A DNA stretch of 64,000 nucleotides from Minisyncoccota bacterium (GCA_017991375.1 JAGOQP010000002.1:2259-66258), one strand, 5' to 3'; positions 16,739-26,765 are shown, numbered from the stretch's first letter. The notes: generated from the sequence alone by a model not told the origin. Numbers and translations: made by a program.

Positions 16739-17009
16739 CTAGACAACACACATACTATATCAGATGTATGTTTTGGTCAATTTTTACTAAGGATTGGTGA
16801 TCGCTTCTTTCTCCATCATTGATTATTCGCCGTCGTTGGTTGTGGGTCGTTGGTCGTTTGTTGGTCCATACTTCTAGTAAAGGATTAATGATCAACGGCC
16901 AATAATCGCGCCTTGCCATACGCTATTCATTGCCCGTTCCACGTTTATCGTTACGCGTTTCGCCCATCTTCCCATTTATCCACTATTTCCCTAGCCCCTG
17001 CTTCTTTTT

Positions 17010-20000
17010 GTGTGGTATACTTATAGTGTGATAGTGAACGATGTAAATAACGCACATAAGGTTAAGCGGAGTGCTGTTCGTATCCTTGCGTCACTAGGCA
17101 TAGGCATGGTGATTTTTGGTGCGCTTGGTGGAGCGGCATATGTGTTTGCTATTCCTCCGCTCTCGCCATACGATCCCAATGAAACACTGGATCCAACTTG
17201 TGCCCCCGGTGATATTAATTGTACCGTTGTAACACCAGTTGCTGGGACAGGAGCTCTTGGGCAAATCGGATTTTTTAGCGGGACATCAACGATTGCAAGT
17301 GATTCAAAATTTACCTTTAGTTCGTCAACGGGTGATTTGGGGCTTGTGTCGGATTCGGCCCAGTTTAAACTAGGGGCGCTCTCTGATGTGGGGATCACGC
17401 GTAGTGTAGCGGGAACGTTAAAAATCACCGATGGATCAACTGGTCTTGGATCAATACACATTGGAGGGATGACCTTTGGCACTGCGAGCGGATTACTCAA
17501 AGCAACTGCAGGTGTAGTGAGCACCGCGACATCAAGCGATGCTGATCTAATTCTTCCTACGCAAACAGGAAATAGCGGAAAATATCTTACCACCAACGGA
17601 GCAACGTCTTCGTGGGCGACAGTCCCCAGTTCACAATGGACTACATCGGGGAGTGGTATTTATTACGACAGTGGAAACGTAGGAATTGGAACGGTTAGTC
17701 CGTTGTCAAAACTGCACGTGTCTGGTGGAGCGCGTGTTGATGGAGATACTGGCAACGCGACGTTAGCTGGGTATCTCTCAAGCTCGACCCTCAATGTTTA
17801 CAACGGAAATACAACAGATAATAATTACGCGTCGATCGGATTTTCTTCGTATTTTGAACGAACGGGATTAATTAATATAAATGGAGCTCCAGCGGCTGGG
17901 ATGGGGGCACAATTCTTAAGTCACGTGTCGGCAAGTAGTTTTAACTTTCCAACAGATCTTTATTTTTGGACAGGATATAGCGCTATCGGAGAAGGACTTG
18001 GAATTCCAGCGAGTGAGAAAATGAGAATCACTGCCGCGGGTAATGTCGGTATTGGTACATCAACCCCCCGGGGTCTTTTGGAGGTAGCAAGTAGCACTTC
18101 AAAAACAACTTTGTTTACCGTGTTACCGAATGGATATGTAGGAATAGGGACGGCAACTCCAAGTTATGGATTACAAGTTACTGGGTCATCTTATCTTGCA
18201 GGGAACGCTTTTACGGCAAATGGTGGGTATTTTGGTTTTGGTGGAAGCAATTCTTCTATTTATGGATCATCAGCCGTTGGAAGTAACTACATGGCATTCT
18301 ACACATCAAGTACGGAAAGAATGAGGATTAATCATACAGGCAATGTCCTTATCGGCACCTCAACCGCATCGGGCGTGTTTGTCGTAGCAACAAGCACCGC
18401 AACAAGTCCATTGCTTAGTGTTCTTAATAACGGGAGTGTTTATATGGGCGTTTCTACGCAGGGTTTTGGATTGTTGAATATGAATTCTGATGGAACAGTA
18501 ACGTTAAGAAACACTGCTGGTGCCAATGGTATAACATTTACTGGTGGCACTGCGTCAAGTATTGTGTTTAATTCCGACTCAACCGTGAACGCACAAGTCA
18601 TAAAAACAAGTTCAGCTAACTCATTAACCTTTGGGACAAATAACACCGAACGAATGAGGATTGATAGCACCGGCAACGTCCTTATTGCCACCACCACAAC
18701 ATCGACAGCGCTTCTTACTCTTGGTGCCGCAACAACCACAACAATAACCGATCTTCTTATCAATCCAGCGGCAAAAAACGCGGGGAATTTAATTGACGCC
18801 CAAGTAGGAGGGGTGAGTAAGTTTAGTGTAAGTAATACGGGGAGCGTTATTGCTTCGGGTGCGCTTACGGTTGGTAGTTTTTCAATCAATGCCAGAAAAT
18901 GGTATTCAGATGGCGTATATTTTGCGGCTGGTTCTGCAAATCAATTAATGTGGTCATCCACTATTGATGCTATAGGCACTAAAGACCTTGGTCTTGCTCG
19001 TTCCTCAGCTGGGACATTAAAAATTACTGATGGTTCAACAGGATTTGGAGATTTGTTGGCTGGGAAAGTATCTTTAACGGCAACTGATTCTTCTGCGGCA
19101 ACTGATTTGCTTGTTAACCCAACGACAAAGACAAGTGGAAATTTGATTGACGCCCAGGTAGGAGGGGTGAGTAAGTTTAGTGTAACGAACTTAGGAGCAT
19201 TAACTACGGGAAGTAGTATTACTTCAAGTGGAAATATAACAGCCAAATCTTCAATGAGAACTACTGGTGATTACCTACAACCATCAGGAGCTTTTATTGC
19301 TTGGTCTAGTACAGCTAGTACATTTGCGACTCCAGATATCGGCCTCTCTCGCTACAACGCAGGAGTGCTGGCGGTAGGCAATGGAACTGCGAGTGATTAC
19401 TCAGGAAGTATGCTCGTGGGTCGTATTGGCATAGCTACGACCACTACGTCAACAGCTATTCTCACTGTCGGTGCCGCTACAACCACAACCATAACTGACT
19501 TACTCATCAATCCATCAGCAAAGGATGGGGGGAAATTAATTGACGCCCAGGTAGGAGGAGTGAGTAAGTTTAGTGTAAGTAATAGAGGTTTACTGACAAC
19601 GGCGAGCGCAATAGTATCTGGAACTCTCTATAACTACAACATTGGGGGTGGTGGTAACACAACGCTTAATTTACAAAATGGGAGCATGGTTGCTAGTAGT
19701 ACCACTGCCGTAAGTGCAGCGGGCGGAACGTTCAGTCAGACATCTGGTTCTAATGTGGCATTTAGAATTAATCCTACCTACAACCAATCTTCAGGCACAG
19801 CCGCTAACACCGACCTGCTTATCAACCGCACCGAAACAGCAGTAGGGAGTGGGACGCAAAGATTAATTGACGCCCAGGTAGGAGGAGTGAGTAAGTTTAA
19901 CGTTACCAATCTCGGTCGAGGATATTTTGCTGACGGGATTAGTATTGCTACATCGTCGACTTCATATGGATTAATTGTTGGTGACGGGTCAACACAAAAG

Positions 20001-20960
20001 GATGTATATATTCCCAAAGGGGGACTTTGTGTGGATGATGATAACGCTGGGTGTGCGTCAACACCAACAGCAGGAACGATTTATGCCAAAGCAACGGCAA
20101 TTACCGGCATAGACGTTGCTGAACATTATCCGACTAACGATATATCACTCGAATCAGGCGATGTGGTTTCGTTCAGCACACAAAATTCAACATTTATAGA
20201 AAAATCAACGGCCTCATCAACTCAATATCTTGCGGGAGTCATTTCAACAGAGCCGGGCGTGCTTCTTGGAAAAAATATAGAAAACGCGCGACCGGTCGCT
20301 CTTAACGGGCGCGTGCCGGTAAAAGTATCAACTGAAAACGGAGCGATTAATATTGGTGATTATCTTACCGTATCATCACAACCGGGCGTTGCGGCAAAAG
20401 CGACGAGTCCAGGTATGACTATTGGTATGGCGCTTGAGACATACAATCAGTCGGGTGTTGGAAAAATTACCGTGTTTGTGCGCACCGGGTTTGCGCTGGG
20501 GTCAAGCGAAGCCGCTTCTGGTGGTGAAGGTGGTCTTATCACGCTTCTCACGCGAACATTCGCGTCAATTGGTATTACTATAGAAAACGGAATTACATCA
20601 ATTAAACAACTCATTGTTGATAAAATTACTACCAAAGAATTGTGCGTGGAAGATCTTTGTTTAAATAAAGAACAACTCAAGTTTATCTTGGATAGAAATG
20701 GTATTACTATTGGATCGCCTATCCCTCCACAAGAATCATTGCCACCTGCTCCAACACCTCCCGTAACAGCATCGTCAACAGAGGAGGCCACTCCTACTGA
20801 AACTCCAGCTGAAACTCCAATAGAAACCCCCGTTCCCACTCAAGCGCCTCCGGAACCAACCGCTTCGGAAACTCCACCATCTCCAGAGCCGTCGGCATCT
20901 CCCAGTGAGCAAACACAATCGCCAACAGAAACAGTAACACCAGAAACACCAAGTCAGTAA
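17010..20960 (+). CDS. giant repeat-rich cell-surface protein (about 1300 aa) with a Pro/Thr/Glu/Ser-rich C-terminal tail
   Basis: Signal-peptide-like N-terminus (KVKRSAVRILASLGIGMVIFGALGGAAYVFAI); four copies of LI(N/D)...GNLIDAQVGGVSKF(S/N)V(S/T)N; Gly/Thr/Ser-rich beta-repeat character; tail ETPAETPIETPVPTQAPPEPTASETPPSPEPS. Start codon uncertain: GTG at 17010, first ATG at 17106. Confidence 0.8.
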   Translation: MWYTYSVIVNDVNNAHKVKRSAVRILASLGIGMVIFGALGGAAYVFAIPPLSPYDPNETLDPTCAPGDINCTVVTPVAGTGALGQIGFFSGTSTIASDSKFTFSSSTGDLGLVSDSAQFKLGALSDVGITRSVAGTLKITDGSTGLGSIHIGGMTFGTASGLLKATAGVVSTATSSDADLILPTQTGNSGKYLTTNGATSSWATVPSSQWTTSGSGIYYDSGNVGIGTVSPLSKLHVSGGARVDGDTGNATLAGYLSSSTLNVYNGNTTDNNYASIGFSSYFERTGLININGAPAAGMGAQFLSHVSASSFNFPTDLYFWTGYSAIGEGLGIPASEKMRITAAGNVGIGTSTPRGLLEVASSTSKTTLFTVLPNGYVGIGTATPSYGLQVTGSSYLAGNAFTANGGYFGFGGSNSSIYGSSAVGSNYMAFYTSSTERMRINHTGNVLIGTSTASGVFVVATSTATSPLLSVLNNGSVYMGVSTQGFGLLNMNSDGTVTLRNTAGANGITFTGGTASSIVFNSDSTVNAQVIKTSSANSLTFGTNNTERMRIDSTGNVLIATTTTSTALLTLGAATTTTITDLLINPAAKNAGNLIDAQVGGVSKFSVSNTGSVIASGALTVGSFSINARKWYSDGVYFAAGSANQLMWSSTIDAIGTKDLGLARSSAGTLKITDGSTGFGDLLAGKVSLTATDSSAATDLLVNPTTKTSGNLIDAQVGGVSKFSVTNLGALTTGSSITSSGNITAKSSMRTTGDYLQPSGAFIAWSSTASTFATPDIGLSRYNAGVLAVGNGTASDYSGSMLVGRIGIATTTTSTAILTVGAATTTTITDLLINPSAKDGGKLIDAQVGGVSKFSVSNRGLLTTASAIVSGTLYNYNIGGGGNTTLNLQNGSMVASSTTAVSAAGGTFSQTSGSNVAFRINPTYNQSSGTAANTDLLINRTETAVGSGTQRLIDAQVGGVSKFNVTNLGRGYFADGISIATSSTSYGLIVGDGSTQKDVYIPKGGLCVDDDNAGCASTPTAGTIYAKATAITGIDVAEHYPTNDISLESGDVVSFSTQNSTFIEKSTASSTQYLAGVISTEPGVLLGKNIENARPVALNGRVPVKVSTENGAINIGDYLTVSSQPGVAAKATSPGMTIGMALETYNQSGVGKITVFVRTGFALGSSEAASGGEGGLITLLTRTFASIGITIENGITSIKQLIVDKITTKELCVEDLCLNKEQLKFILDRNGITIGSPIPPQESLPPAPTPPVTASSTEEATPTETPAETPIETPVPTQAPPEPTASETPPSPEPSASPSEQTQSPTETVTPETPSQ

Positions 20961-20972
20961 CACTAAAAAAGT

Positions 20973-22352
20973 ATGAATAAAATCCTAAAACTACGTGTTC
21001 AGTCGGAAGAACACACGAATTACTACACATCGGTGTCAGAGGAGGCGATGGTAGTCAGTGAGCGTATTGAAAGTGAGAGTAAGCAGGTAGAACAAAAACA
21101 ACAAAGTATTTTTACTCGCACTGCTCGGTGGTGCGTGTATGTGCTGGTTGGTTTACTCCCTCTGTTTTTTTTGCCATTTACAAACGCTCACCTGGTTATC
21201 AATAAAACACTCCTAGCGGTTGTTTTAATGGGGATTGGTTTGATCGCGTATGGCGCGGAGAGCATCAGAACACGAACAATCGTATACCCAAAGACGCTGT
21301 TAAGTAGCGCTATTGGGGTATTTTTACTCACTTATATTATAAGCACCGTTTTGTCGCGTGCTCCATGGATCAGTGGATGGGGGATGCTTGGTGCCTCGGA
21401 CTCACTTCTTTCCTTATGCGTAGGATGCGCGGCGTTTTGGTTAGCATCTGTATTTTTTGGCGAAGAAGATAAAATACATCTTGCTCGAGCGTTTTTTATA
21501 GGATGGGGTGTCGCGCTTGTTGAGGGGTGCGTCGTTCTTGTTAACATTCCGCTGATATCGCCATTTCTTACGCGTATAATCGGATATAACACTATCGGAT
21601 CAATTCTTGATTGGGGTGTGTTTGTGTCTTTGGGCCTTGTGGTAGCATCGGCAATATATGTGGTGTTTGACATAAAGAAAAAATGGCGCTACGCGCTTAT
21701 CATCGGAATGGTGCTTGGTGTTCTAGCGCTTACCGCTGTCAATTATTGGTGGTTGTGGGTGCTTCTGGCTATTGCAGGAATTATTACCGGGCTTCGAGAG
21801 CTTAAAAATAGTAGCGTGAAGGCACGAGTGAGTATTCCATTGGTACTTGCGGTGATCGCTATTTTCTTCTTAGCGGTGGGTAATCGTATCCCATCCATCG
21901 CGCGATTCCCAACCGAAGTCCGTCCCAATGTCAGCTCAACTATTGGTGCCGCGCGGGATGTGATAACTAGTATGCGCGCTCCTATTGGAGTAGGGCCAGC
22001 ACTTTTTGGAGACGAATATGCGAAAAACAGATCGGTAACTCTCAATAATACTCAATTGTGGCAACTGCGATTTGATCAAGGGTTTAGCTTCTGGCTGACG
22101 CTTTTAGTTACTACTGGCGTGCTGGGTGTTCTATTTTTTGGAGTAATAGTATATTCGCTTGTTCGATTGATACGCACAGAACACATAGACCAACAAAAAA
22201 GCATTGTTGCTGACGCGGCGCTTTTTATAGCGGCAGCGCTCATTCTATACCCAGCGTCGTTTATAGGAATAGTGTTCTTTTTTGTGAGTATGGGTTTTGT
22301 GGTAGGTATGACACAGAATACAAAAATAATATTATTACACGCCAATGATTAA
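20973..22352 (+). CDS. polytopic membrane protein, possibly O-antigen ligase/Wzy_C-like
   Basis: About 12 TM helices with a large loop; the functional call is by architecture only. Confidence 0.4.
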   Translation: MNKILKLRVQSEEHTNYYTSVSEEAMVVSERIESESKQVEQKQQSIFTRTARWCVYVLVGLLPLFFLPFTNAHLVINKTLLAVVLMGIGLIAYGAESIRTRTIVYPKTLLSSAIGVFLLTYIISTVLSRAPWISGWGMLGASDSLLSLCVGCAAFWLASVFFGEEDKIHLARAFFIGWGVALVEGCVVLVNIPLISPFLTRIIGYNTIGSILDWGVFVSLGLVVASAIYVVFDIKKKWRYALIIGMVLGVLALTAVNYWWLWVLLAIAGIITGLRELKNSSVKARVSIPLVLAVIAIFFLAVGNRIPSIARFPTEVRPNVSSTIGAARDVITSMRAPIGVGPALFGDEYAKNRSVTLNNTQLWQLRFDQGFSFWLTLLVTTGVLGVLFFGVIVYSLVRLIRTEHIDQQKSIVADAALFIAAALILYPASFIGIVFFFVSMGFVVGMTQNTKIILLHAND

Positions 22353-23403
22353 AACACTCTTTACGCGTCTCGTGGATGCGATAAAAAAAATAAAGAACAA
22401 AGGTTTTATTGTAGGGGTTATTGTCGGTATGAGTGTGATACTGGTGGCGTTGTTTATGATAGGAGTACAGTACAGTGCCGCGCTCTACTACCATACCTGG
22501 ACACGTGTTGGATCGTTTAACGCGTTACAAAATGCGGTGCGCCTCGACCCAAAAAGCGATCTATATCAGCGTGATATGAGTCAGGCAATTATTGCTGTCG
22601 CTGATCAAGTACTTGCGGGGGCGCAAACGCAACAAGAATTTAATACTCAACTGCAAGTTGCCGCGTCGGCGGCTATAGACGCGGCTATGCGTGCTACGCA
22701 AAACAATAGTAGTGATGCGCGCAATTGGGCAAATCGGGGGAGTGTGTATTCATTCTTTATTTCGTTAGTGGGTGGAGCTGATACTGCCGCGCAAGACAGC
22801 TATGAAAAAGCTATTTCACGCGATCCTCAAAATCCACAATACTATCTTGATCGCGCAAATACCTTTATTCGTTCTGCTGATTTAAATGCGGCACAAGAGC
22901 GCGTATCGGCACAGAAGGAAAATCTAGATCAAGCTCAAAAAGATATTGAAAAAGCAATCGCGCTCAAACCGGATTATCAGCCAGCGTTACTCGGGCGTAT
23001 GCGTTTAGCGCTCAAAAACAAAGACACCGATCTTGCTGAAAATACAGCTCGATCGATTATGTCATATTATCCGCAAGATATGCAGGCCGCGATTAACATT
23101 GCTCTCGTGTATGCAAAAGTCGGTTATAGCGAGAGGGCACTTGCTCTCGCTCAAGACATTGTGCGTATTGCTCCCTCATATGTTGACGGGCGGTATGTCT
23201 TGGGACTTTTATATAACGCGCGCGGAGATCGCACACGCGCCCTTTCGCAGTTTGAGGAGCTTGAAAAAATGGATTTGAAAAACGCGCACATCATTCTTAT
23301 CACAGAAAATCTTCGCGCGGGTAAGGACGCTCTTGATGGGGGGATTGTTTCGGTATTCGGAGATATTCCAAGATTAGAGCCGATCGTTGAAAAGAAAAAA
23401 TAG
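22345..23403 (+). CDS. TPR-repeat protein with N-terminal TM anchor
   Basis: Repeated 34-aa A/L/Y-rich modules (e.g. AINIALVYAKVGYSERALALAQDIVRIAPSY). Confidence 0.65.
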   Translation: MIKTLFTRLVDAIKKIKNKGFIVGVIVGMSVILVALFMIGVQYSAALYYHTWTRVGSFNALQNAVRLDPKSDLYQRDMSQAIIAVADQVLAGAQTQQEFNTQLQVAASAAIDAAMRATQNNSSDARNWANRGSVYSFFISLVGGADTAAQDSYEKAISRDPQNPQYYLDRANTFIRSADLNAAQERVSAQKENLDQAQKDIEKAIALKPDYQPALLGRMRLALKNKDTDLAENTARSIMSYYPQDMQAAINIALVYAKVGYSERALALAQDIVRIAPSYVDGRYVLGLLYNARGDRTRALSQFEELEKMDLKNAHIILITENLRAGKDALDGGIVSVFGDIPRLEPIVEKKK

Positions 23404-23412
23404 CCAATCATA

Positions 23413-25410
23413 ATGTCGTGGTACGCATATCAGCACAAAAAAGTGGTTATGACCGTGTGCACGGTGTTTTTGTGTTGTGTATGTATGTTGTGGCATAGTG
23501 TTTTGCCCGTGTACGCGTCAGTGGTTGATGGAACCATAGACCCAAGCGCGAAATATGCCTGGGGAGATGTAATGGGGTGGATCAATTTTGGCGCAACACA
23601 TGGAAACGTTCATATTACTGATACGCAACTGACTGGATACATATGGAGCCCTGTGTATGGGTGGATTAACCTTAATCCGACTACTAGCGGCGTGAAAAAT
23701 GATAGCGAAGGACATCTTTCGGGATACGCGTGGTCCGCCCAGCGCGGGTGGATTAATTTTTCCGGCGTCTCTATTTCTACGCAGGGAGTTTTTGGTGGTA
23801 CCGCGACAAGTGATACCGCGGGGACTATTACGTTTAACTGCGCGCAATGTTTAGTGAAAACAGATTGGCGACCCGCGAGTACGCGCACATCACCAACCCC
23901 AACCTCAGTTCCTTATCCTGGGGGAGCGGCGCTTCCGTGGGGTCAAGCAACAACAACGCGCTCAACATCAACATTGGCTTCAACGACGATGTCTATAGTG
24001 ACGGAAAATGAGAACGAGCTATCACTCTTTGAAAAAATAAGCAGAGTACCTTTAGCGCTGTTGCGTAAGATTTTGGGAAAGAAAACGCCGCCAGCTGCTG
24101 AAATTCCGCTTGAACAACAACTACCCAAAGAAGCGCCGCTCGCATTTAAGGGTGCGTGGGGTCTGTTGCCGCAAAAACCAATTAACGCGTTTGTTCTCGC
24201 GCCACTTCCAAACGAACTCAATCGTCTTGCACAAAAAGTTCCGGGACTTGGAAAACTTTTTGGCGAGGTGGGTGTAAACAAAGTAACTGACGTAAGAAAA
24301 CTTGAACTGGCAAAGTTTATCTTGCCGAACTTGAGTCAAACAACAGCGCTTCCTAAAGGAGTTATCGCAAAAGGAGATCTACGTATACCGACAAATATTC
24401 CCATTGGCGAAGTACCTTCCCACATAAAAGAAAAAATTCCAACAGAGGTTCTTTTTGCGCGATCATTTGGTGAAAAGATAGATCTCAATGTAGCGCTTAC
24501 TGTTGATGATCGTGGAAAGCCACAACAGAAAATCGCAACCATTACTGGGAAACCTATTACACTCATTGTTCGCGTAGATCAACCGGCGCGAAGTGTGAAA
24601 GGGTATCTAGTGTTTAAATCAAAGGGCAAGAGTGTTTCGGTAGAAACTGGTCCAGTGATCGCGGGAGAAAATGCTTCCCCTATTAGCGCCAAAGATCTTA
24701 TGGCATCAGCGCTCTTTTCTGTCCCATCGTTTGGAGAAAAGGCCCAAAATGCCACCATCGTTCCAGTTGAAGGCGGTGAAGTAAACACTCAAGCGAAAAA
24801 TAAGAAAAAATCAATTGCACAAGAGACGCGATTGGTTCTAAGTGAGTTTGACTATGAGGGACCCGATGAGCAAGGCATCTATACCGCTCATTTGTATGCG
24901 CCCGTGGTGAGTGGGGAGTACGAAGTTATCACCGCGATTGATTATATAAGTCCGACACTTGCTCAAGAAGAGATTCGTCTGGTTACCGTTGTTGATCCTG
25001 AGGGGTATATCTATGAATCAGATGATGGAAAGGAGGCGCGCATCCCTGGCGCCATTGCGTCACTCTACTGGCTTAATCAGGAAACAAAAGAGTATGAACT
25101 ATGGCCAGGAGAAGAATTTCAACAAGAAAATCCACAAGTAACCGATGTGCGAGGAACATATTCGTTCTTGGTTCCCGAGGGCACGTACTATCTCAAAGTC
25201 CAAGCCCCAGGGTATCAAGAATACATAGGCAAGCCGTTTCAAGTTAAAGAGGGGAGTGGTGTGCATACCAACATAGAAATGCGTAGCACTTATTGGTGGC
25301 TCAATATTGTTGATTGGAAAACTATTTTGTTAGCGCTCGTAACAGTGCTTCTGCTCTATAACTTTTATAAAGACGCGCGACGAAATAGGGAGAAGGCAGG
25401 AAGCACGTAG
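23413..25410 (+). CDS. secreted/surface protein with GWINF repeats, Thr-rich linker and C-terminal CarboxypepD_reg-like domain + TM anchor
   Basis: N-terminal TM; three G(Y/W)...GWIN(F/L) repeats; linker TSPTPTSVPYPGG...TTTRSTSTLASTT; C-terminus EGTYYLKVQAPGYQEYIGKPFQVKEG followed by a TM helix. Confidence 0.6.
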   Translation: MSWYAYQHKKVVMTVCTVFLCCVCMLWHSVLPVYASVVDGTIDPSAKYAWGDVMGWINFGATHGNVHITDTQLTGYIWSPVYGWINLNPTTSGVKNDSEGHLSGYAWSAQRGWINFSGVSISTQGVFGGTATSDTAGTITFNCAQCLVKTDWRPASTRTSPTPTSVPYPGGAALPWGQATTTRSTSTLASTTMSIVTENENELSLFEKISRVPLALLRKILGKKTPPAAEIPLEQQLPKEAPLAFKGAWGLLPQKPINAFVLAPLPNELNRLAQKVPGLGKLFGEVGVNKVTDVRKLELAKFILPNLSQTTALPKGVIAKGDLRIPTNIPIGEVPSHIKEKIPTEVLFARSFGEKIDLNVALTVDDRGKPQQKIATITGKPITLIVRVDQPARSVKGYLVFKSKGKSVSVETGPVIAGENASPISAKDLMASALFSVPSFGEKAQNATIVPVEGGEVNTQAKNKKKSIAQETRLVLSEFDYEGPDEQGIYTAHLYAPVVSGEYEVITAIDYISPTLAQEEIRLVTVVDPEGYIYESDDGKEARIPGAIASLYWLNQETKEYELWPGEEFQQENPQVTDVRGTYSFLVPEGTYYLKVQAPGYQEYIGKPFQVKEGSGVHTNIEMRSTYWWLNIVDWKTILLALVTVLLLYNFYKDARRNREKAGST

Positions 25411-25426
25411 TGTAGGGTGTACTGCG

Positions 25427-25462
25427 CCCGTCCGTAGTCCACCACAAGTGGACGAAGGAGGG
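25427..25462 (+). repeat. REP-like hairpin element, copy 2
   Basis: CCCGTCCGTAGTCCACCACAAGTGGACGAAGGAGGG, 17 bp after the stop of the upstream gene. Confidence 0.75.
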
Positions 25463-25579
25463 TTTCGTAGTCGCGAATAACCATTAATCATTCATCTTTA
25501 ATCATTAACCGAGAGTAACATGTATCGCATTTCGTAGTTTATTAAAAATATAATATAAAATAAAAAGTAATAAAAACGT

Positions 25580-25942
25580 ATGAGCAGCAATCAAAGATCA
25601 ACATTAATAGCAATTATCCTATTACTTCTTGCGGGGAATATCTTTTTCTCGTATCAGTATGTAGCACTCAAACGTGCCAATGACCAGGGACGTGTTGCTA
25701 TTGATCTACTTAACAGTCGTAGTAAAACGCTTGAGTTTACAAAATTATTCATCCAGAAGGTGATTAACGCAACTGGAGAAATAAGTTTTGATACGCGTCT
25801 TGAGTTGGAAAACGCCGTACGCGCGTTGAATGACAAAGAAATTCTTAATCAATGGAACGCGTTTGTAGCGAGTAAAACAGAAGAAGAAGCTCAGGAGAAT
25901 ACAAAGTTACTTCTTAATGTACTTATTAAGAAATGTCAGTAA
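25580..25942 (+). CDS. small membrane-anchored hypothetical protein
   Basis: 120-aa ORF with one N-terminal TM helix. Confidence 0.4.
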   Translation: MSSNQRSTLIAIILLLLAGNIFFSYQYVALKRANDQGRVAIDLLNSRSKTLEFTKLFIQKVINATGEISFDTRLELENAVRALNDKEILNQWNAFVASKTEEEAQENTKLLLNVLIKKCQ

Positions 25943-26132
25943 TGCTTTTTGGATGTTGATTAATTGCTCATACGTCCCCGCCCTTTTGATTTCATAAAAA
26001 GGGCGGGGTTTGATTTTAGGAGCGCATTATCGGTACACTTATTAAGTAGATGAACATCCTTACGCTTTGAGTTTCTTATTCTGTTTTAATCTGCGTTGTT
26101 AGTGGTCAGTGGTAGGTTGTTAGTTACTATTT

Positions 26133-26204
26133 GCCCCCATAGTTCAATGGATAGAACGACTCCCTTCTAAGGAGTAAATCTAGGTTCGATTCCTAGCGGG
26201 GGTA
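26133..26204 (+). tRNA. tRNA-Arg (anticodon UCU)
   Basis: Acceptor GCCCCCA/CGGGGGT, D-arm GTTC-AATGGATA-GAAC, anticodon stem ACTCC/GGAGT with loop CTTCTAA, T-arm CTAGG-TTCGATT-CCTAG. Confidence 0.8.
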
Positions 26205-26356
26205 CGGAGTATCCACGAGCAAGCAAATAATTTTGCTTGCGTCAGGAATCGAACGCCGGAGCTTGTGCGAGTGAGCACACGAGCACGCGAGGCGGTGCCT
26301 AGCCCGAGTTGAGCGACGGCGAAACGAGAGGCGAAGGAGATTTCCTAGCGGGGGTA
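26205..26356 (+). repeat. tRNA 3'-associated conserved structured element ending in a duplicated tRNA-Arg 3' end
   Basis: Hairpin GCAAGCAAATAATTTTGCTTGC; core GAATCGAACGCCGGAGCTTGTGCGAGTGAGCACACGAGCACGCGAGGCGGTGCCTAGCCCGAGTTGAGCGACGGCGAAACGAGAGGCGAAGG; then TTTCCTAGCGGGGGTA, which equals the last 16 nt of the tRNA. The same core lies after tRNA-Tyr (51172-51373); a covarying version lies after tRNA-His (27152-27310). Confidence 0.8.
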
Positions 26357-26436
26357 CGAACGAGTGGAAAGTGAAAAGTGGAAAGTTAAACGAATAAAAG
26401 CAAAGCAAATTGAAGGATGGAAAGTTAAACGATTGG
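26357..26436 (+). repeat. GGAAAGTTAAACGA-type short direct repeats
   Basis: CGAACGAGTGGAAAGTGAAAAGTGGAAAGTTAAACGAA...GGATGGAAAGTTAAACGA; the same block occurs (reverse strand) beside tRNA-Arg(CCU) at 11130-11298. Confidence 0.8.
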
Positions 26437-26663
26437 TCGTTGGTCATTGATTCTTAACCGCAAGACACTCATCTTTAATCGAGAGAGATGGTAGTTAGTT
26501 TTAAGATCAATCCTTGCGTAAGCACTGTTTTCGTATTAGAATACGTTTTGCGTATTTTTATTAATCCCAGTCACTGGTTGTCTGTTGTTAGTCGTTTGTT
26601 GTCTGCCTACGGCAGATCCTGAGCGTAAGTCGAAGGGTAAGTTACTCATATGCCGCGGTAGCT

Positions 26664-26699
26664 CCCTCCGTCGTCCATTTGTGATGGACTATGGAAGGG
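26664..26699 (-). repeat. REP-like hairpin element, copy 3
   Basis: Reverse complement CCCTTCCATAGTCCATCACAAATGGACGACGGAGGG; immediately preceded by a 13-nt tRNA-Phe 5' fragment (GCCGCGGTAGCTC). Confidence 0.7.
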
Positions 26700-26765
26700 C
26701 ACGCAGTGTGCTCCTAGTGTTTGTGCCGTTGTCTGTTGTTAGTCGTTTGTTGTTTGTTGCTATAT

